Below are positions 39,840-53,510 of a stretch of DNA of 64,000 bases, one piece after another. Within the stretch, counting starts at the first letter, position 1; every line of letters starts with the position of its first letter. The DNA comes from Lama glama (Eukaryota): assembly GCA_028534125.1 (NCBI GenBank), contig CM052818.1:36892001-36956000 (forward strand), given 5' to 3'. The translations under genes and the position numbers were made by a program. A model generated the notes under the pieces. That model had not been told where the DNA came from. It made no database searches and saw nothing but the letters and a program-made list of their open reading frames with translations.

Positions 39840-41430
39840 TGGTAGTCTCTTTCAGGGAAAGGAGACCCAGTGATGAGTAAAGATTGCTCAAGCTGCTCAG
39901 AGCCGAGTGGGGGACCTGGAGCCCTGCAGAAGCACTGGCAGAAGGAGGTAGGTGGGCAGCTCCCAGGCTTGCCCTTCCTTTGCATCATCCATCAAACAAC
40001 ACATAAGGGAAGGAAGAGTCTTGTGAGAGCAGTCAGAGGGGTGTCTGCAGGATGGATCCTGGCAGGACAGTGTGGCCAGTGACAGAAGCCATTTGGTGGC
40101 TTCACAAGACAGAGTAGAGAAACGTAAGATGGGACCTTCCCAAGAACACGCTAAGGGGCTAAGTTAATGAAGCAAAATTGATTATGGTTGCGGGACCCTG
40201 GTTTATACTCATATGCATTGGTTACATATGAACACTGGTCCATATTTTTGACATTAATCACCAAGTGTTTACTAAGCAAAGAGCCTTATCCTTTGAGTGG
40301 GCTGATTCTGCTGTGGGAGACCGAGGGGGAGGAAACTAGGGCCTGTTCTTGTCTCAAAAGACCTGGTCCTGCCCTTGGGGACACTACCAGTCATGGCAGG
40401 GGAGACTCATCCATGAGAGGATGGGAGGGATGTTCTGGGAAATGGGTAAGTGCCAGAGTGAGCAGCTCAGACCACGGCCACTCCATGGGGTCAGAGCCGA
40501 GGAAGATCAATGTGGGCTGGAGCAGTTCATTTAAGTAGCAATTAGTTATAATTAATCAATTATGTAATTGAGCAGCACTTAATTATTTACTGCCTTGTTC
40601 AGTTTTCCAACTACACCCAAATGTCAGCTTTGTTTCCCCAGCCAGAGCTGAAGCTCCCCGAGAACAGGGGTGGGCTCCTTCCTTGGCGTCCAGCGGGGCC
40701 AGGGTCAGATTCTCACATCTAAGGGCAGTGGTCTGTGGCAACAGAAAGCATGGGACAGTCACTCTGAGGTCAAAACTGCGGTTCTGCCAAGAAATGACTG
40801 TCGAGTGAGTCAGCCTTCCAAATAAATGCAGAACGTGAGGAACAAATGAAGCTTAGAAGGGGGCGTGGTTTTTGAACTGAACTGAGGCGGAAGGAGAGCC
40901 ACTGGGAGCATTGGCCCTCTGGGGAATGAATGGTGACAAGTAACACTCATGATGTCTCCAGCATCCGAGGGGTGTCCTCACAGCTTCCCTGGTATGGAGT
41001 TGTGGGTCTTTTTGATGCTTCCTGAGGGATCCCAGGCTGACCCTCTGAGCTGACACCCAGCAGGTCCATGAGGTGCTCTGAGAGTTAGCACCAAGGGCTG
41101 GACAATGTTGTACAAGCTCAGATAGAGGACTTGGGCTAATTTCACCTCACAGGCGTTTGGTGCCGTCACAGTGTTATTCTCTGGGAGCTGCCACTTGGAA
41201 GCCAGATAAAAAATCAAAGGTAATGTAATGAATGGCTTCTGGAAAATAAGTGTAGGATATCCTAGGATTTTAGGCTTATGGGAGGCACTGCTAAGCCCCA
41301 GCCATATGGCAGCCAAATGAGTCTGAAGTTCCTTAAAGGACAGATTCCTATAGTTAATGCTTAATGGGATCCTGAACTTTGTGGGGAAGTCCAAACAGAG
41401 CGACCTCCTAAATTCCAGGTTTCCCTGGCT

Positions 41431-41469
41431 GGCTCAGGTCTGGCTCAGGTCTGGCTCAGGTCTGGCTCA
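41431..41469 (+). repeat. 11-bp tandem repeat (ggctcaggtct)x3.5
   Basis: Direct observation. Confidence 0.9.
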
Positions 41470-42297
41470 TTTGCAGAGAACGGTGGTGCCTCCACTCTCT
41501 CCACGAGGTCAGTGGGTGTTATTACCTGTCTCCAAATGGGGCAGAACACCCCGAGACTTGCAGACTGATTGCTTTCATTAACTTTAATTGGATTCTTTCG
41601 CACTTGGAAAGAGAAGTGTAACCAGGGTTTAATTGGAAGAGCATCTCAGACCCAGGGTGACATAGGATTGCAAACATTAAAAGTGCTACAGCTGCGTTGG
41701 TGGGAAATGTTGAAGTCACTTATGTTGTTTGTAAGAATAGCTCATAGACTTGGGGATGTTAGGAAGCTCTGGGCATGTCCAATTTGGGGATTATTTTTGT
41801 GCTTGTCCTGAAAAAAAGTAATGTGAAATCAGATGTGTGCAAGCGAAATTACAGAAGAGACCAAACACATTACAACTGTGCCGTGTGCCAAAAGAAATCT
41901 ACAGAAGCTGGGAGACCCTCAGTGTAAGTCCAGTGTCTGAGCTGGCCTGGGGCAGCATGCGAGGTCTTCTACGTTGGATTCCACCTTGTAAGCCCTCTCG
42001 ACTCTGTTGCTTTGTAACTGTTGTGTCTTCTGCCTGAGATGTTCCTCTCTCGTTTTCCTACATGGCAAACTCCCACTGAAGCTTTAAGTCCTGGCTCTTA
42101 CGTTACCTCTCTGAAGTCTTGGCCAACAGCTCTACAAGAGTTACTTCCTCTGTGCTCTGTGCTTCTTCTACAGAACTTTGTTCATTCAGTGAACACTCAG
42201 CAACCCAGGGAATAGAGAGCAGGAGAGGGAGAAAGGAGGGTCTCAGATTCAGGATTCCAAAATTGGTAAAAATACAATTATTTGAGGGAAGGTGATC

Positions 42298-42822
42298 TTT
42301 TTTTTTGTAATTGAAATATAGTTGATTTACAATATTGTGTTAGTTTCGGGTGTACACCAAAGTGATTCAGTTATATATATACTTTTTTTTTCTGATTGTT
42401 TTCCATTATACATTATTACAAGATACTGAATATAGTTCCCCGTGCTCTATAGTAAATCCTTGCTACTTATCTATTTTATATATAGTGGTTTGTATCTGCT
42501 AATCTCATACTCTTAATTTATCCCCCCTACCTTCTATTTCTCCTTTGGTAACCATAAATGTGTTTTCTATGTCTGTGAGGCAATTTTTGTTTTGTATATA
42601 GATTCATTTGTATTACTTTTTAGATTCTACATATATTGTCTTCGTCTGACTTGCTTCATTTAATATGATAATCTCTAGGTCTGCCCATGTTGCTGCAAAT
42701 GGCAGTATTTCATTCTTTTTATGGCTGAATAATAATCCATTTTATACACACACACACACACACATGTCGTATCTTCCTAAACCAATCATCTATTGATGGG
42801 CACTTGGGTTGTTTGCATGTTG
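42298..42822 (-). mobile_element. 5'-truncated L1 (artiodactyl-type 3' end)
   Basis: aattgaaatatagttgatttacaatattgtgttagtttc; flanking TSD-like ag(g/a)tgatcttttt. Confidence 0.85.
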
Positions 42823-43989
42823 AGATGATCTTTTTAAGAAGCTAAGTCGGGACTCTGGTGTTTAATATGCACCTGTTGAGCATGAGGATAAGTGGACTGA
42901 TTGCTAACCCTGGGAACTGCCCACCTCTCCTTTAGCACTGTGTCCTTTAGCATCTGCTGCTGGCCTCATGGAGGTGGATGCTGGAGAAGTCAGGCAAACT
43001 TTGGCTGACAGCCTGCCCGGAGAGCGCCCAATGAATCCCCAAGAACGGAGTGGTGCCTGAGTCGCTGCCATTGCCCTCTGTTCCCTTCTCGCGTGCCCAG
43101 TCCTGAGCACTGGGCCCAGCACCGAGAGGGCATCAGGCAACATTTGTCCACCATGCCCCGTCTGCCATTCTGTATTCTTTCGCAGACTTTTCTTTTCCAG
43201 GACCTGCCCCTAGGTTCCCTCTTCACTCTGGGCTGACAATGAGTGTCTCCTCCTGGAGTGTCTTAAGTTTTAGGCAGATGTGCTGATGGTGGCACTGCTG
43301 AGCCCCACAAGGGGGCGATGGGGCCACGACGTCGTTTCATGCATTATCTTGTTACTGCTTCCTGGTCCGGGAGGTTCTGAGCCTCCTGCACAGCCTGGAT
43401 TAGATAGATTTTCAAAGAAACGTCTCCAGCACGTTTTCCCACTTACCCCTCCAGGAGCCCGCTTTCATCTCTTTGCTCTCCGGCTGGCTTCCCCTCTGAC
43501 CTGTGGGTGGCTCGCTGGTGCAAGAGGGCTCGACACTCACCTTCCTGGGATGTGATGAGCTTTCCTTCTGGAGGCCAGTGCTCCTGAAGGCTCAAGTGCA
43601 CGTGCAGGTCACTGGTGAGGAAGCCACTTCCCCCTAAAGATTGTTCTTTGATTTTAAAAATAGCCTTTTCCAATTCACATGAAGCAGTAAAACATCTCAG
43701 AAAAATTTTTAAAGGAGTTAACTGTTTCATCAGGGCTCAGAATGGCTGCTCAGATGGGAGATCCCAGATGAGAAGCAAGCTTGGGCTGGCGGGGCTGAGG
43801 GGAGAGCTGGCACTGGCTGCCTACTCAGGTCCTGTGGGCACAGAGGCTGGCTTCCTCTGGGCCATTTCAGACTGACAGACAAGGCACACTGGCAAATGCC
43901 ACAGTGAGTCCGGGCACCCGGGCATGGTTCCCAGGCCTAGTCTGGAACATCACAGTGGGTTATGGAGGGCTTTGAATGAGATCATTTAG

Positions 43990-44311
43990 TCTGCACTATT
44001 CAAAAGGAAGGCCAGGGCCACAGGTGGCTACTGAGCACATGACATGTGTCTGGTCCACACTAAGATGTGCTATGTGCAAAACATACACACCAGATTTCCA
44101 AGACTTAGTCCAAAGAAAGAATGGGCAATGTCTCATGAATAATATTTCATGTTGATTACGTGTTGAGATGATCGCATTTTGAGTACGTTGGGTTAAACAC
44201 AACATACTATTGAAATAAATTTCACCTGTTTCAGTTTTAAGTCACACGTTAAAAAGTGTGACTACTAGAAAATTTAAACTTATTTGTGGCTTGCATATTG
44301 GTCAGTGCTGG
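43990..44311. mobile_element. MER33-like hAT-Charlie element
   Basis: gtggctactgagcac..aaaacatacacaccagatttccaagacttagt..actagaaaatttaaa..cagtgctg. Confidence 0.8.
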
Positions 44312-44339
44312 TCTATGTCCTCTAAGAACAGTGAGGGTG

Positions 44340-44875
44340 AGGGGACATGAGGATGGCCTTGAGCTGGTGTCAAATCTGAGAAGCTGGTTGGGGCCAGAGA
44401 ACTTGAATACATGCTGCGTATTTGAGGAGGGGGGAGAAATATCTTCCGGTAACTTGTCCTAAAAACAACTGAGGTGAGGTTTCCCTTGGAATATCATCAA
44501 TCCCTTGTTTTTGGATCTGGGGCAAGTATAATATGAAGCCCAAATTTTCAGACAGAATTGGACCTTCTTCAGACCCTGTTCTGGGAGAGAACCCAGTTTA
44601 GTTGATCCACCTACTTGGGGCTTCATTATTTTGACTACGGTTGCCAAGTTGAGTTTCCCTGGTTGAGATAATCCATTCACAAAAATTCCCAAACCAGTTC
44701 TTCAACTCCAGCTGGCTAATGACCACAAAATGATTAATTGAGGACACTCGCAATATGAAGTAGGACCTAGGCAGGGTTTACTAACCTAAGTTAAGCCTGA
44801 GCACACACAAGTAACTCTATCCACTATGTCCCTTGGGGTCTGATGTAATTTCCAATTGGTTTTTAGGGCAGAATT
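44340..44875 (-). pseudogene. Fossil short LRR module (NT-LRRs-CT)
   Basis: FCPK, DRVTCVCSGLT*VSK, VLN*SF, GIFVNGLSQ(P)GKLNL, KLGSLPE, IFQGKPHLSC, (F/C)SGPNQL..SCP. Confidence 0.6.
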
Positions 44876-45464
44876 GATGAATCTCTTGGAGAAATCTCTC
44901 CCTCCGTGTTCCACCTTGTTCTTTGTCTTTTACTGCCATGCTTTTGTTTCCATATCATGAACACATCTTCTGCATTCTGTATGCTCCATGCTCTGTGCTA
45001 GTCTGTGTCAGAAACGTCACTTGAGACTTCTTGGTCTCACCAAACATGACTTCTCAGGAATATACGTATATTTAATTCAAATATTGGAATTAAATATCTT
45101 ATATATATTTTGTTATATTTTATATATATTTATGTTTTATTATATTTGAATTAAATATTTTATTATCACAGTGTTCACTCTAAACTTTTTAGTTATAATC
45201 ACAATACACTTCTTTGTGTATTTATACTAATGATACATCAATTTTAATAAGGAACATTAGAAACAGTTTAAATGTTCATCAGTAAGGGAATGGTAAAAAA
45301 ATGCATTACCAGTTCTGTGGAATACATCTCATAACCATTAAAAAGTAATTAAAAATTTGTGCATCTCTATTGCATGGAATTACCAATAGACTTTATATTA
45401 TTTGTCAGGTTGCACTTTCTCCTCTCTTTCACCTGTTTAATGTTTATAATTTTTTACTTGAATT

Positions 45465-48400
45465 TTTTAAAAAATAAGACCTGTATGTACTAAGGAATAC
45501 AACATGATGTTTTGGTATATATACACACATTGTGAAATAATTAGTATAGTCAAGCAAATTAACATATTCATCACCTCACATGGTTACCTTTTTGTGTGGA
45601 TGTGGTGAGAACACTTAAATCTCACTCAGCAAATTTCAAGTATGTAATACAATGTTATTAACTAAAGTCACTGTGCTGTACATTAGATCTGTAGAATTTA
45701 TTCATCCCATATAACTGAAACTTCATATTGCTTGACCAGTATCTCCCCATTTCCCTTAACCCCTACTCCTGACCCTGTAACCACCATTCTACTCTCTGCT
45801 TCTATGAATTCAACAGTTTTAGATTTCACATATAAGATAATGCAGTATTTTTCTGGCTTTTTTCCACTGAGCATAGTGTCCTTCAGCTTCACATGCTGTC
45901 ACAGGATTCTCTTCTTTTTTAAGGCTGAATAATTCTGTGTGTGTCTGTGTGTGCATATGTATATGTGTATATATATGTATATATGTGTACATGTGTATAT
46001 ATTTATATATAATGGATACAATTTCTTCACTCATCTGTTGATGGATACTTAAGCTGTTCCTTATCTTGAGTATTGTGGATAAGGCTGCAGTGAACATAGG
46101 GGTGCAGATGTCTCTTTGAGACACTGATTTCATTTCCTTTGGATACATACTCAGAAGTGGAATTGCTGAATCATATGGGAGTTCTATTTTTAATTTTTTG
46201 AGGAATCTCCTTATTATTTTCTGTAATGACTGTACCAATTTACATTCCTACCAACCATGCACAAGGGTTCTCTTTTCTCTACATCCTTGCCAACATTTGC
46301 TATCTTCTGTCTTTTTTGATAATAGCCATCCTAACAGGTGTGAGGTGATTTCTCAATACGGTTTTGATTTGCATTTCCTGATAATTAGAGACATTGAGGA
46401 TCTTTTCATGTATCTATTGCCCATTTGTAAGTCTTCTTTTAAGAAATGTCTATTCAGATACTTTGCATGTTGAGTTCTAAATATGTAATTTTGGGTATTA
46501 ACCCTACGATATTCAGGTGACCAAATATATTTCTGAAATGTATTTTGATCTTCTTCCACTGTTCCTGCCTCACTGCTCCCAAAGCCCTTGGAATTTCCTA
46601 AGTGTTGAGAGCGGTAAAGATGTCTTTTGCTATGTTGAGGAGGTGACTTTTCGAAAGCACCTAAGGGTGAGGGCTGCTTTCCAGTGGAACTAATCTTGTG
46701 ATGAGAGGGTTGGAACTTTCAGCCCCCACCCTCTGACCTCCTGGGAGGAGAGTGGGCCTAGAGGTTGAATCAATTGCCAATGGCCAGTGATTTAATCAGT
46801 TGTGACTATGTAATGAAGCCTCTATAAAACCCCAAGAGAACAGAGTTCAGAGACCTTCCAGGTCAGTGAACATGTGATTTGGGGAGAGTGGCTCACCCCT
46901 GCCCCATAACTTGCCCTAGGCATCTCTTCCATCTGGCTGTTCCTAAGGTTTATCCCTTTATGATGAATTGGTAATCTAGTAACTAAAATGTTTCTCTGAG
47001 TTCTGTGAGGCTCCCTAACAAATTAATTGAACCTGAGGTGGAGGTTTTGGGAGCCTCTGACTTACGCTAGCTGGTTGGTCAGAAGTACAAGTAGCAACCT
47101 TCGACGTCCTACCTCACTTCGAAGTCCAAGTGAGGTAATCCCACTTGTTTATTTTGCTTTTGTTGCTCGTGCTTTTAGTGTCATCTCGAAAAAAAAAAAT
47201 CATTGCCGAGACTAATGTCAAGGAGCTTTTCTCTTTGTTTTTTTTCAGGAGTTTTGCAGTTTCAGGTCTTACATTTAAGGCTTTCATCCCTGTATATGAT
47301 ACACTATAAGAGTCCAGTTTCATTCCCTGGCATGTGGACATAAAGTCTTCCCAAAAATACTTATTAAAAAAACCTTTTCCATTGTTTATTTTTGGTGCCC
47401 TTGGTGAAGATTAGTTGACTGTATGTATGGGGATTTATTTCTAGGCTCTAAAGTCTGTTCCATTGCTCTGTGTCTGTTTTTATGCTGGTGCAACACTATT
47501 TTGATCACTATAGTTATTTTGAAATCAGGAAATATCATGCAGCCAGCTTTGTTCCTCTTTCTCAAGATTGCTTTGGCTATTCAGGGTCTTTTGTGGTTCC
47601 TTATGAATTTTAGAATTGCTCTTTCTATTTCTGGGAAAATGTTGGAGTTTTGATGGGGGTTGCATTGAATCTGTAGATCATATGGGTCCTGGGCTTTCCT
47701 TTTTGGGGAGGTTTTTGATACAGATTAACTTACCTTATTTGTTACTCATCTGTTCAGGCTTTCTACCTTTTCTTGGTTTAGTTTGGTAGGTTGTCTGTTT
47801 CTAGAAATTTCCCCCCTCTTTTTTTTTTAGGTTGTCGAATTTGTTGATGTATAATTGTTATTAAAGTCTCTTATGATCCTTTTTATTTATGAGGCATCTG
47901 CTGTAATGTCTCCTCTTTCATTTCTGATTTTCTCTAAGACTTCTCTCTTTTTTCTTAGTCTAGCTAAGGGTTTGTCAATTTTTATTGACAGCATTTTATT
48001 TTTTTCAAAAACTGAAATCTTTTATTGATTTTTTCCTGTTTGATTTATTTCTACTCCAATTTGTAATATTCCTTCTTTCCTCCAACTTTGGGCCTAGTCT
48101 GTCTTCTTTTTCTAGTTCCTTGAGATGTAAAGTTAGATTGTTTATCTGAGATCTTTTCTTTGTGTTTTTTTTTTTCAATATATTTTCTTGCTATAAAACT
48201 TCCTTAGTACCGCTTTTACTACATCTTATAAGTTTTGGTGTGTTGTGTTTTTTTGTTTTTTTTTAATTTCAAGATATTTAAAAAATTCCCTTTGATTTCC
48301 TTTTTGACTCAGTGGTTCTTCAAGAGTGTGTCATTTAGTTTCCATGTATTTATGAATTTTCCCATTTTCTTGCTGTCATTGATTTCTAGTTTCATTCCAC

Positions 48401-49170
48401 TGTGGTTGGCAAAGATACTTGGAATTATTCTATCTCCTTAAATTTGTGAAGGCTTGTTTTGTGACTTGTGATTTAGCCTGGAGAATGTTTTGTGTGCACT
48501 TGGAAAGAATGAGTATTCTGCTGTTGGGTGGAAAGTTCTTATATCTTTTAGGTCTATTTGGTCTACAGCATTGTTCAAGTCAACTGTTTCTTTATTGATT
48601 TTCTGTCTGGATTTTCTATCCATTATTGTAAGTAGGGTATTGAAGTCTCCTGTTACTATTGTATGACTGTCAATTTCTCCCTTTAGATCTGTCAATATTT
48701 GGTTTATATATTTAGGTGCTCTCTCTGATGTAGGGTGCATATATGTTTGTAGTTGTTAGATCATCCTGTGAATTAACCTTTTTATCATTAAATAATGACC
48801 TTCTTCATCTCTGGGATAGTTTTTGACTTAAAGTCTATTTGTTTTTCTGTCTTAAGTATACATACTCCTCCTTTCTTTTGGTTACTATCCGTGCAGAATT
48901 TCTTTTCCATTCCTTCACTTTCAGCCTATGTGTGTCCTTAAGTCTAATGTGGAGCTCTTGCAGATAGCATATTGCTATATCTTGCTTTTTTATCTATTCA
49001 GCCACTCTAAGCCTTTTGATTGGGGAGTTTAATCCATTTACATTTAAAAATGATTATTGATAGGTGAAGACTTAAGTATTGCTGTTTTGTTAGGAGTTTC
49101 CTATCTCTTTTGCTCTTATTTTATTCCATTCTTCTTCCCTTGCTATCTTCCTTTGTTATGTGATGATTTC
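45465..49170 (-). mobile_element. L1MA-type element with internal deletion, split by an LTR
   Basis: ORF2 fragments KIELPYDSAIPLL, YLNRHFLKED, APKYINQILTDLKGEID..GDFNT. Confidence 0.9.
46505..47110 (+). mobile_element. MER21-like ERVL solo LTR nested in L1
   Basis: cccttggaatttcctaagtg..gagggttggaactttcagcccc..ccaatggccagtgatttaatc..tctctgagttctgtgag. Confidence 0.8.
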
Positions 49171-49279
49171 TGGGTTATATTTAGGTTGTGTCTTTATTTT
49201 GGCTGCATTTGGTTCGCTCTAGTGACACTGGCTCCTATTCAGGTGGTGCAAATAGAGTTTCCTTTTTTCCAGTAAGTGA

Positions 49280-49655
49280 TCAACAAAATGCCTACCATAG
49301 TGTCTGCTGCAAAAGTTAGAAGTGATCTTTGATCCTCTAATTTGCTGAATCTCTTGTTTTGCTGCAGCAGAAACTGGAGTTGTGCAGTTAACCATAGATT
49401 CTGCTGGGAGGAGAGTAACTCCCATCTTGAGTGGATTTGAAAAATCTTCTTCCACAGCACAAAAATCATTGACCCAAATACCCTTCCTGCCTCATGGGTG
49501 GATGAGACAAGCAGTTGCCACCAAGGTATGGTTTGAGGGGAATTCTGACAACCATCCTATTAAGACCAGCTTTGACATGGGTCTTCTTCAAATATCCCAA
49601 AGTCCCACAATATAGGCAGTGTTTTCAGTAGAATTGTCCTTGACAGAGGTCTAAG
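49280..49655 (-). pseudogene. Fossil exon: LRRs plus LRRCT
   Basis: LDL..DN.LKTLP..GIFE; IWVNDFCAVEE(G)IF.N; QNLW-NC-QLQFLL..EIQQIRGSKITSNFC (QQIR-x8-C spacing as in PKD1 QQVR-x8-C). Confidence 0.6.
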
Positions 49656-51411
49656 CTAGAGCAAATCACAAACACCTTAGTGTGAGGTTATTGTGTTCTT
49701 TCCTCCTGCTAAGGCAACCTTTAGGGAACTATAAGCTAAATAGATAGAATAACCCTTGATATATAATTAAAAATAAAATAAACACTTAACCATGAAATAA
49801 GTATAAGAAGGTCCAAGAAAATTCTTGTTTCCCCTAGAATGATGACTTGGGTGATTTTTGAAGTATTTCAAGTATCACATTTGTTCAAAAACATATTTTG
49901 GTGCTTCTGTTCTGTCAGTGCCCTGATTATAGCTTAGATTGGCTAATAGATCAGGGCTGTGGGGCATGAAATGGGAGGAGGGTATGAGGGCTAAAAATCT
50001 GCAGAGGAGGCAGTGAGAACTTCACTGATGGTCCCTGGTGTGGGGGGGTCACTGGCCTCGAATTTCAGAACTGACGGGCTGGGCTCCAGTCCCTGTACAG
50101 CCAGTCGTCAGGGGAGGCAAACTTTTATCTCATTTCTCTTTGTACGTGTTGTGTTCAGTGACCTACGTTAGAACACCTGTTACTGATGTAGAGCTCATAA
50201 AGAGATCAAGTTCGCACAGCCTACCCCAAATGACACCCTTATTTTTGAACGAGGAGAAAGAATACAATCTGCAGAGAGATGGACAGAATCCCAGAACCCC
50301 TCTCAATCTGTTGTGGGTGCAGAGAATACATATCCCAAAATGTTCCTTGCACAGTGCCTGGTATATGGTAGACCTTCAGTACATTTTTGCTGATCAAATG
50401 AATAATTTTATCCATGGTGGTTTCAAGCCATGTGGCATCCTTGTCAATCACACATTGGGACAACCATACCTTTTAATATTTGGCTAAATTTCTTGAAATG
50501 ATCATAGATACCAAATATTTACTTATCTATTAGATTTTTAGAGCAGCATTCTTCATTCTAAAACCTCAGGGTGCATGTGAATAAAATTACAAATAATTAA
50601 AATCTTTTAAAAAACCCCCATAAAAACCTTAAAAGCAAGAATGATGTTTTATGGTTAATAAAGCTAGAATATAGGCATGATTATAATGCTGTATAATCAC
50701 GTATGTAATTATTACATAAATAATATATAATCATCCTAATAAACCATGCAATTTCAGCCACTCCTTCCCCTGAAGCTTCTCTATTTATAGGCGTGATGTG
50801 GTTGGCAGGGGGGAAAAGATAGATTTAGGGGAGGCTTGAAGATTAAGCACAGTGTGTAACTTGGAAGGGCCCGTGCAGTTTACTAATTTAAGAGAATCTG
50901 CATCTGAACTGAATGAGGAAAACCAGCTTTGGGCTCAGAGGGGCTCTTAAGGGAATCACCTGGACCCAGTGAACTGGTCCCTCTCTTTCCCCCTCCCAGC
51001 TACCCTGCTTCCTGCTTGGGTGCTCATCAGACTCCCCATCTCCAACCACACACAGGATTGCCTTCCTCATCTCTGCCTTTTCACATCCAACTTAGTCCCT
51101 GAAGGCTCATTGCTCTCCTCCCCAGACCCTCCCACCTGCTGAGCAGTGCCAGTCACTGAGCAAGACAAACCAGTTACACGTTCTGGGGGTTTCTGGCCCT
51201 TTGCTGATTGTCTGTGGATGCTGTTCTTGCTCCCGTTAAACTTGAACTTTCCCCATGGCTGGGACATGGGGTGGGCCCTTCTCTTCTCTGTATCTCTCTC
51301 ATCCCCTTGTCTGTCCCAGGCTGAGGAGGGCCTGGTGGGCTTAAGCAAGGCAGTAGCCGTCATCTTGGGATGGAGACACACCTACTTCAGACAAGTCATA
51401 AGTTCCTTTGA

Positions 51412-51612
51412 GCAGTAGTTCCACAGTTAAGTGCGCTTTAGAATCACCTGCAGGGCAGGTTAAACATGGCTTTCTCCTCCTTCCTCCGCTCCCTGCATTA
51501 GGATTTCTGATCTGGTGAGTCCGGGTGTTGACAATTGGCATTATCAAATCCCTATGTGATCACAAGTTTCTTGGTGATGCTGGTGAGGGGGCTGCACTTT
51601 GAGAACTGCTGG
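51412..51612. mobile_element. MER5-like element
   Basis: ttagaatcacctg..gatttctgat..ggtgatgctg..cactttgagaactgctg. Confidence 0.65.
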
Positions 51613-51689
51613 TTTAAGGGAAGATCATAGGGGCCCATCATGGTGTCAAGACTGATGGCTTGCAACATGAAAATGATAGTTATCACCTA

Positions 51690-51880
51690 TGGCTGTAAGT
51701 GCTTTACTGTTTACAAAATGGTTTCTCATACATTCTTTCACAACCATCCCAGGCAAGAGAGGGGATCGATGTTGATTCTTGTCTAATGGTGGAAAGGTTG
51801 AGTGACATGCTTAGGGCCCCCAGATAATGAGCAGGGGAGCTGGGGTTTGAGTGCAGCCCCTTTCCGATATTCTTCAGTGC
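51690..51880 (-). mobile_element. MIR SINE
   Basis: gtgctttactgtttacaaaatggtttctcatac..ggttgagtgacatgcttagg. Confidence 0.65.
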
Positions 51881-52563
51881 CTCCCAGCATTTTGTCTTTG
51901 GATGAGACTTGTTCTGTTGGTTTGAATTTTCAGGGAGCTCTTCATCCAAGGATGCAGGCAGTGAAACAAAATGTTCACTAGTTTCCTGGAGGGCTGATTG
52001 CTCCCCTAGTCCTCTAGAATCCCTCATCCCAGAATCTTCAATCAATAAAGCACATCTTTCTCACATGGGAAGGGAAACCAGGCAGTCATTTGCAAGATGA
52101 AACACCCTGAAGTTTGGGCCCATCTCAGGGGCTGTTAGTAGCAGTGATGATTGTCAGGGAAGAGAAGAGGCCCACCAAGTTTCACTGTTGCTCCCTGCCC
52201 CTTGTCCAGATGATCTGTCCAGTGACATCTCCCTGACCTCAGGTTCTGGAAGGCCATGGGCTTCAAAGTATACAGCCTGTGACCACATCTCAGGGAGAAT
52301 TTACCCCACATTCCAAGGGCCTTAGGGAATGGTGGAGTACCCGGGAGTAGACATATATTACCAATCTCACTGTCCACTTCAATCTGAACTTCACATTCTG
52401 TCCTCCTTTCTAACTACTGTTTGTAAAATCTGTATCCATTCTAGTAGAGAGATAATCTATTTATGACAGATTTCTCTTTTCTGTTAGAATAGAAATGTGG
52501 TATCTTGGCAGACTATTGCCCAGGGACCCCTCCTGATAGCTTCTGCACCATTTACTCCCCTAC

Positions 52564-53246
52564 TTGTTCAGGGAACATCCTGAGGTGCTCACGAAGCCTC
52601 TAGGTCACGGTCAGCTGCCTGAGTCTTCCGGTCCTGGAGTGATGCTCAGAAAGAAGAGCACAGCTGAGATCTGTGTTTTATTTTCTGGTTCTATTTTGTC
52701 TTATTTGGAAAACACCAGTAGCGAAAAGAAGACTGTCTCAGAGACATCTGTATTTTCAACAACGATGCTCATAACACAGAAGAAAATCTAATCAGCAGCT
52801 TCTGTGTTGAAGAAGAGAGCTTGGGTTGGAAATGATTTGAAATGCGGAAGCCAAGGCTGAGACCTCCGTTTTGGAGGCGGACTCTTGCATTGTTTCCTGG
52901 GCATTGATCGTATCGAGGACTCAGTGGCTTTAATTGTCACGGTCACACTGTCCCGTCTTGCCTTTCATGGTGCAATGGATGCTGAGCCATGCTGCCTTCA
53001 ATGATGTCTTTTTTTAGGGCTTGTTTATCCTTGGGGCTCTGCGGGGAGCTGATGAGCCTTTCACGGGATGCGTGTGCCTCCAGGACCGCGGCACAGGATG
53101 GACAATCGATGACCTTGTGGTCACTGCTGTCCTGCAGAGGGCGAGGCTGGGGTTATTCACAGCTTGGTAATTGGCCCCTATGCTGAGATCTTCATCCTGA
53201 GCAAATGCAGGCATCAGGGGGGCAGTTACAGATCAATGCAGGGGCG
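52564..53246 (-). pseudogene. Fossil exon: LRRCT, linker, next LRRNT and LRRs
   Basis: Acceptor tattcag (AG 53248-53247); ICNCPLMP (from 53233), CE*P..RPLQD..VIDCP (to 53099); CP.QCK(S) at 52903-52881, FKSFPT-KLSSSTQKLL, ATGVFQ, GRLRQLTV; candidate donor gtaggg at 52563. Confidence 0.6.
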
Positions 53247-53510
53247 CTGAATACACAGGCCCCATAAAAAAATACCAAAATCAAAAATGGATTTGTGTTT
53301 AGCGTGCATTGTATATCCTGGTCTGGTTATGAATAATTTAGCCTTCCCCAGGCTGAATAGACTATATTTAGAAAGCCTATTTTGCTTATAATATGTCCTC
53401 TCCTTTTATGAAGCAGCATAAAGCATAAGAGAAGTGCTCAGAATTTGGGGTGACTTCATTCGGTGGGAGCAGGAGCATGGAGGCATCCTCTTCAGCAGTC
53501 CCAGGCTTAC

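Noticed and set aside
49368..49525. Plus-strand exon (tgcag acceptor, aag|gtatgg donor)
   Set aside because: No recognisable product or partner exons; antisense to the LRR fossil.
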